From Lama glama (lineage: Eukaryota), in contig CM052837.1 of assembly GCA_028534125.1 (NCBI GenBank), positions 36,208,001 through 36,272,000 on the forward strand: 64,000 bases of DNA, read 5' to 3'. Position 1 is the stretch's first letter; each line of letters begins with the position of its first letter. Under the pieces are notes generated by a model that saw only the letters and a program-made list of their open reading frames with translations, was not told where the DNA came from and made no database searches. Positions 59,901-64,000 of this stretch are shown piece by piece. Both the position numbers and the translations under genes were made by a program.

Positions 59901-62358
59901 GAGCCTGTGGAGACCCTGCCCCACAGAGCTTCGGCTCTGGGAGTGGGGCGATCCCCCCCACCACAGCCCCCGCCGCCCTGCAGCCTCACCTCGAGAATGC
60001 TGGCCACCGGCTCCGCCACGCACACAGGGCCGCCACCTGGAACGCTCCTCCTCCCCTGGTCACCTCCCTACTCATCGCGGACCCCTCCCCACCATCTGGG
60101 GTGCCATGAGCCCCACTTCCGCAGCTGGGCTCCCTGAAGTGCTGGACCCAACACCCTGCACTCCCATGGCCTCCCGCACCTGCGTGTGTCTCTAGTCTTC
60201 CTTAAACCAGCTTATGCTGGAGATGGAGCTCTCTTACAAATTATAATCCAAAGCTGCAGACACTCTTCCCCACGGTGAGCTGTGTGCTAAGGCATCGAGG
60301 CTATAAAGCGCTTTCTTTACCTAATGACTCCAACAACACACACCAAAGGCGCAGGGCGCAGCCTCGTACCTGTGAACGCTAACCCCGTCAGCTACAGTTT
60401 AAATTGCTTTGATAAAACTGCAGGAACAGGTAAGTCTAGAGGCCGAGCACAGAGGTGTTAACTGTGTTAGTCTTCCAAGTTTCAAATTGCTCAAAATGAA
60501 AACTGGAGGCGGGAAGTGCTCCGCTATCTGGAGACGCCACTGCAGGTGACATGAGCAGGGAGGGCCAGGCCCACAGGTGCTCCCAGGAACCCAACTTGCG
60601 CCGGAGCTCGGAGACCAGCCATGTAGCGGGAGCCCTGCTACCTTCATGCTGCCAGGGGTCTAAAACAGGGTGGAAACCAAAGACCCACGGTGTCTGGGGC
60701 TGACCCAGGGTCACGTCGAGGTAAAGTGTGTGTACGGAGCTGGCCACGGATCGGGGCCGGCGCTTACAGACAGCGCACACAGCTGGGAGGGCCGGGGCGG
60801 GGTGCAGGCCAGGCCCCAGGAGGGGAATGAGAGCGGGGGACACGCTTACCCATGCCGCCCGGAGCCAGTAGAGCGCGTCAACAGGCCGAGTTTCCAGCCC
60901 ACTCAACTGAGCAGGTGCGGTAAATGGAATGACCACCCCAGGGGTGAAGTCTCCCCAAAACTACAGAGCACAGTTCTCTTACACAGAAATCTAACACTAA
61001 CTTAAGTTTGCCTGGCGTGGGGGCAGACAATTTACGACAGCCCGTCATTCAAGAATTCTGGCAGTAAAGCCCCGCCGAGCGGCGCGCATGCCCACTTTTC
61101 CCTGAATCTTCTCTCCTCGGCCGTGTCCGCACCAGCCAGTGCGGGGGCCTGCAGGCCACACCTCACGCTCCCCTCCCGCCTCAGGCTGAGCACGGCCGTC
61201 TTAGCGGAGAAGCACCAAAATCCATCAACAGCGTCACTCTTCCTACCTGAGGCCCACAGAAAAGAAACCTGTTTCAGACCACACCCCCCAGCCAGGGACC
61301 AGCCAGGGCCAAGAAAACCCAGCCGGTGGCTGCTGTCAGGGCTGCTGGCGCAAATGCACACGTGCGCTTTCCCGGGCTGGCAGGGCTTCCAAAGCTGGCG
61401 GTTAGGAAAGGTGTCCGAAATGTCTGACTGAGACAAGACAAAAATCCAAAAAGCCCAGGACAGGCTGATGCCTCCTGCCCTCTGCCTTCAAGTCGGCTTT
61501 CCCACCCGACCCTGGTAACGCGCGCCCCACCACCACTCGGGGTCGAGTGCCAGGCCCCCGCACGTTACTTTGACTTCTCACTCCGTACGGTGACTTTCTA
61601 AGTCTTGAGGACACTGAGTCACGGTTCTAAGAAAGTGCCCGCTGGAGCTGCTCAGGACTGTGGTGAAGAACTCACGTGTGCTCACACACAGGCACACGTC
61701 CACAGACCTGCTCCCCACAGGACGGGGGGGGGGGGCAGGGGAGCAGGGAGGGATGCGGATCTGTCCTGACATCAAGCCTCTCCATACAGGTTGGAATTTT
61801 GTAATGGACCTGTTTAGCGTGCAATTTCTGCGGGGAAAAAAATTGTATCCAAAAACTTGACTACACTGCCAGTAACCACAACTGTCTTACCTACTTTAAA
61901 AATTGGCCAGAAGCTCTTATCAAGCAACTCCTGAAAGCAACCCAAAGGGCCGACACCAGAGACCTCAGCCTCACCAACAGGCCGGGGGAGGCAAGGGGGA
62001 GGCACTTCAGGTGGCCAGCCCGCCCTCCAGGCTCGCTCAGCTGGGCCTCCACGCCGGCTCGGGCAGGGGCGGCGCAGGCACACACCACGGGTCTCTTCCA
62101 GCAGCACCAGCCCCGTTACCTATGCCTGTCCCTTGACCCAGCGGTTTCAGTTCCAGTCCCCGTGTAGTGGGACACGCGCCTCCATATCGCTCCACGGCAC
62201 TCCACCTGTGTGCCGGCGGGGATGCGAGTCCTCGACGTACCAGTGACATGAAGAGACAACTGCAGGACAGCACACATGGCTGGTTCACGTAAAAGTCACG
62301 CATGTACGTTTAGTTCTGCACTTGAGAGGTGAAAACCTGTGGTCAAGACACACCTAAG

Positions 62359-62517
62359 GGAACTACACCGGCATCTTGTAATAGCATGTAATGGGAAGGA
62401 ATACACTAAAGAACATGTGAACATACACACAACTGCGTCACTGTGCTTGTGCTGGACACCAGGAACAAACACAACATTGTAAATCAACTACACTTCAATA
62501 AAAGCTTAAAAACAAAG
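62359..62517 (+). mobile_element. 5'-truncated artiodactyl-type L1 3' end with TSD
   Basis: gggaactacaccggcatcttgtaatagc...aacacaacattgtaaatcaactacacttcaataaaa; TSD agacacacctaag (62346-62358) / agatacacctaag (62518-62530), 12/13. Confidence 0.8.
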
Positions 62518-64000
62518 AGATACACCTAAGAGTGTGTACGTCTCAGGAGAGGGGACACAGGGGTGCGCTGCTTGCAGATCTGTAAACCAGCACTACAGTC
62601 ACTTTGCGAAACCACAGAAAGGAAAACAGCGCCAAGAAGTGCTGGGGCGACAGGCTGCTTGTGGGGGTTCACACTCCCCAGGCCCCGAGGTTCCCTCAAC
62701 CCCCCAGGGCCACCTCCCCCTCCCTCTTCCCCACGGCCACCACCAAGGGGTGCCACCTGCCTGGCTCAAGGTGGCCAGTGGCCCATGTACTGTCCCACCC
62801 CCAGTCCTGGACACTCCATCCCTGCCTCCCATGTCCTGGGGTGGCCAGGGCCTTGTACTCCACAATCAACACTGAGGATGGTCTAAGGGCCCTGCTCTGC
62901 GAGTGAGGGCTCCGCGCTCCTTGCCTTCAGACACCTCACTCCTTTTCCGGGTGTACAGGGAGACTGCTGTTCCCCCAGAGACGTGGCTCCCCTGGCGACA
63001 CAGCAGGATGGAGGGCAAGCTCTCTCCTCCAACCTCCCCACGACACGGTGTCAGCTCCCTTTACCTCCTGCTGTCCTCACAAGTGCCCGAGCACACTTCA
63101 CAGAAAGCCCTCGTCCCCACTGATACATGCGCAGTAGTCGGGGAATGACCTCTGTGCCCCTGGCAGGCTTCTCTGCGCACCTTTCCGTGGAACACCTGCT
63201 GAGAAGAGAGAGCCTCGGGCCCGATACCACTTCTGCTTCGCTTATATCCTCATTTTAATCAGCCAACGCTGGTTTCTCATTTTCCCACCTTTGTAAAACC
63301 CCTGAAGAGGGCCTCAGGGGCTTCTCCTCTGGGGCCCTGGACCCTTGGCCGAGGCGGCCGAGGATGAGGTGTTAGGCATCCAAACCCCACTCTCCAGCAC
63401 CGGAGCCCGTGGCCCAGAGTCTGCGAGTCAGCCGCCAGGGCGGCCCTCCCGTGAGGACAGCGAGCACACTGGCTGGGCCCAGTCGACCCCCTTCAGTTTC
63501 CTGAACCCCCGGTATGAAGCCTGAGCGTATTCTACTCCGGTCTTGTCCGAAGCTACATATTCTGCACTAACAGAGAACCTGTATCCAGGCACAGTTTTAC
63601 TGCATTCTCTCCCATCTGAGGATTCTGAGCCCCAAACAATGCTTTGGCTCCCCAGCTTTGACTAGCAGAAGTCAACCCGTGCCCCACCCCCAAACACACG
63701 CACGGCCCACGGGGCCCAGGGCGGGGACTTCTGCGCTCACCCCGGTTTCACCCTGTCCTTCCTGTGTCTTCCACATCCCAACTTTCTCTGAACTTCACCG
63801 GCTGTTCTTTTTATCGTTCACTTAAGTTCCTTCTAGAGTCTGTGTAAATAAACAGAGGAGAACAAACGAAACCGCGAGGGTGCAGCCTGGAGGCAGGGCC
63901 CCGAGAACCACCTCCCTCTGCAAAGGGCGCCGTGTCAAGAGCACCTGCACCAGGCGGAGGGAGCACGGGACCCTGTGGAGAAACACGCTGGACCTTTGCC

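Overview
GC-rich mammalian genomic DNA, not prokaryotic. Two tRNA-derived SINEs resemble camelid vic-1, so the source is probably an alpaca, llama or camel (inference). Two genes converge tail to tail. On +, the 3' half of CDH4 (R-cadherin): exons 10-16 at 1838-10386, 458 codons plus stop, with a ~3.9 kb 3'UTR ending at AATAAA 14244. On -, TAF4 (TFIID subunit 4): exons 2-15 from 53653 down to 26820, 3'UTR to ~25500; exon 1 lies beyond the right edge. Exon numbers follow the human orthologues from memory. All exon phases join into open frames, and one TAF4 intron is GC-AG. The rest is intron/intergenic DNA with MaLR LTRs, MIR, L2, old L1, DNA-transposon remnants and a few younger insertions. 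Almost all ORFs in the track are artefacts of high GC. I found no evidence of a new gene or multi-gene system. The best leads are: a duplicated 111-bp hairpin element bracketing TAF4 exon 10; a near-canonical REST/RE1 site downstream of CDH4; a young L1 insertion with a 19-bp TSD and a likely 3' transduction; weak-to-strong substitution bias in repeats; and a candidate poison exon and alternative polyadenylation in TAF4.
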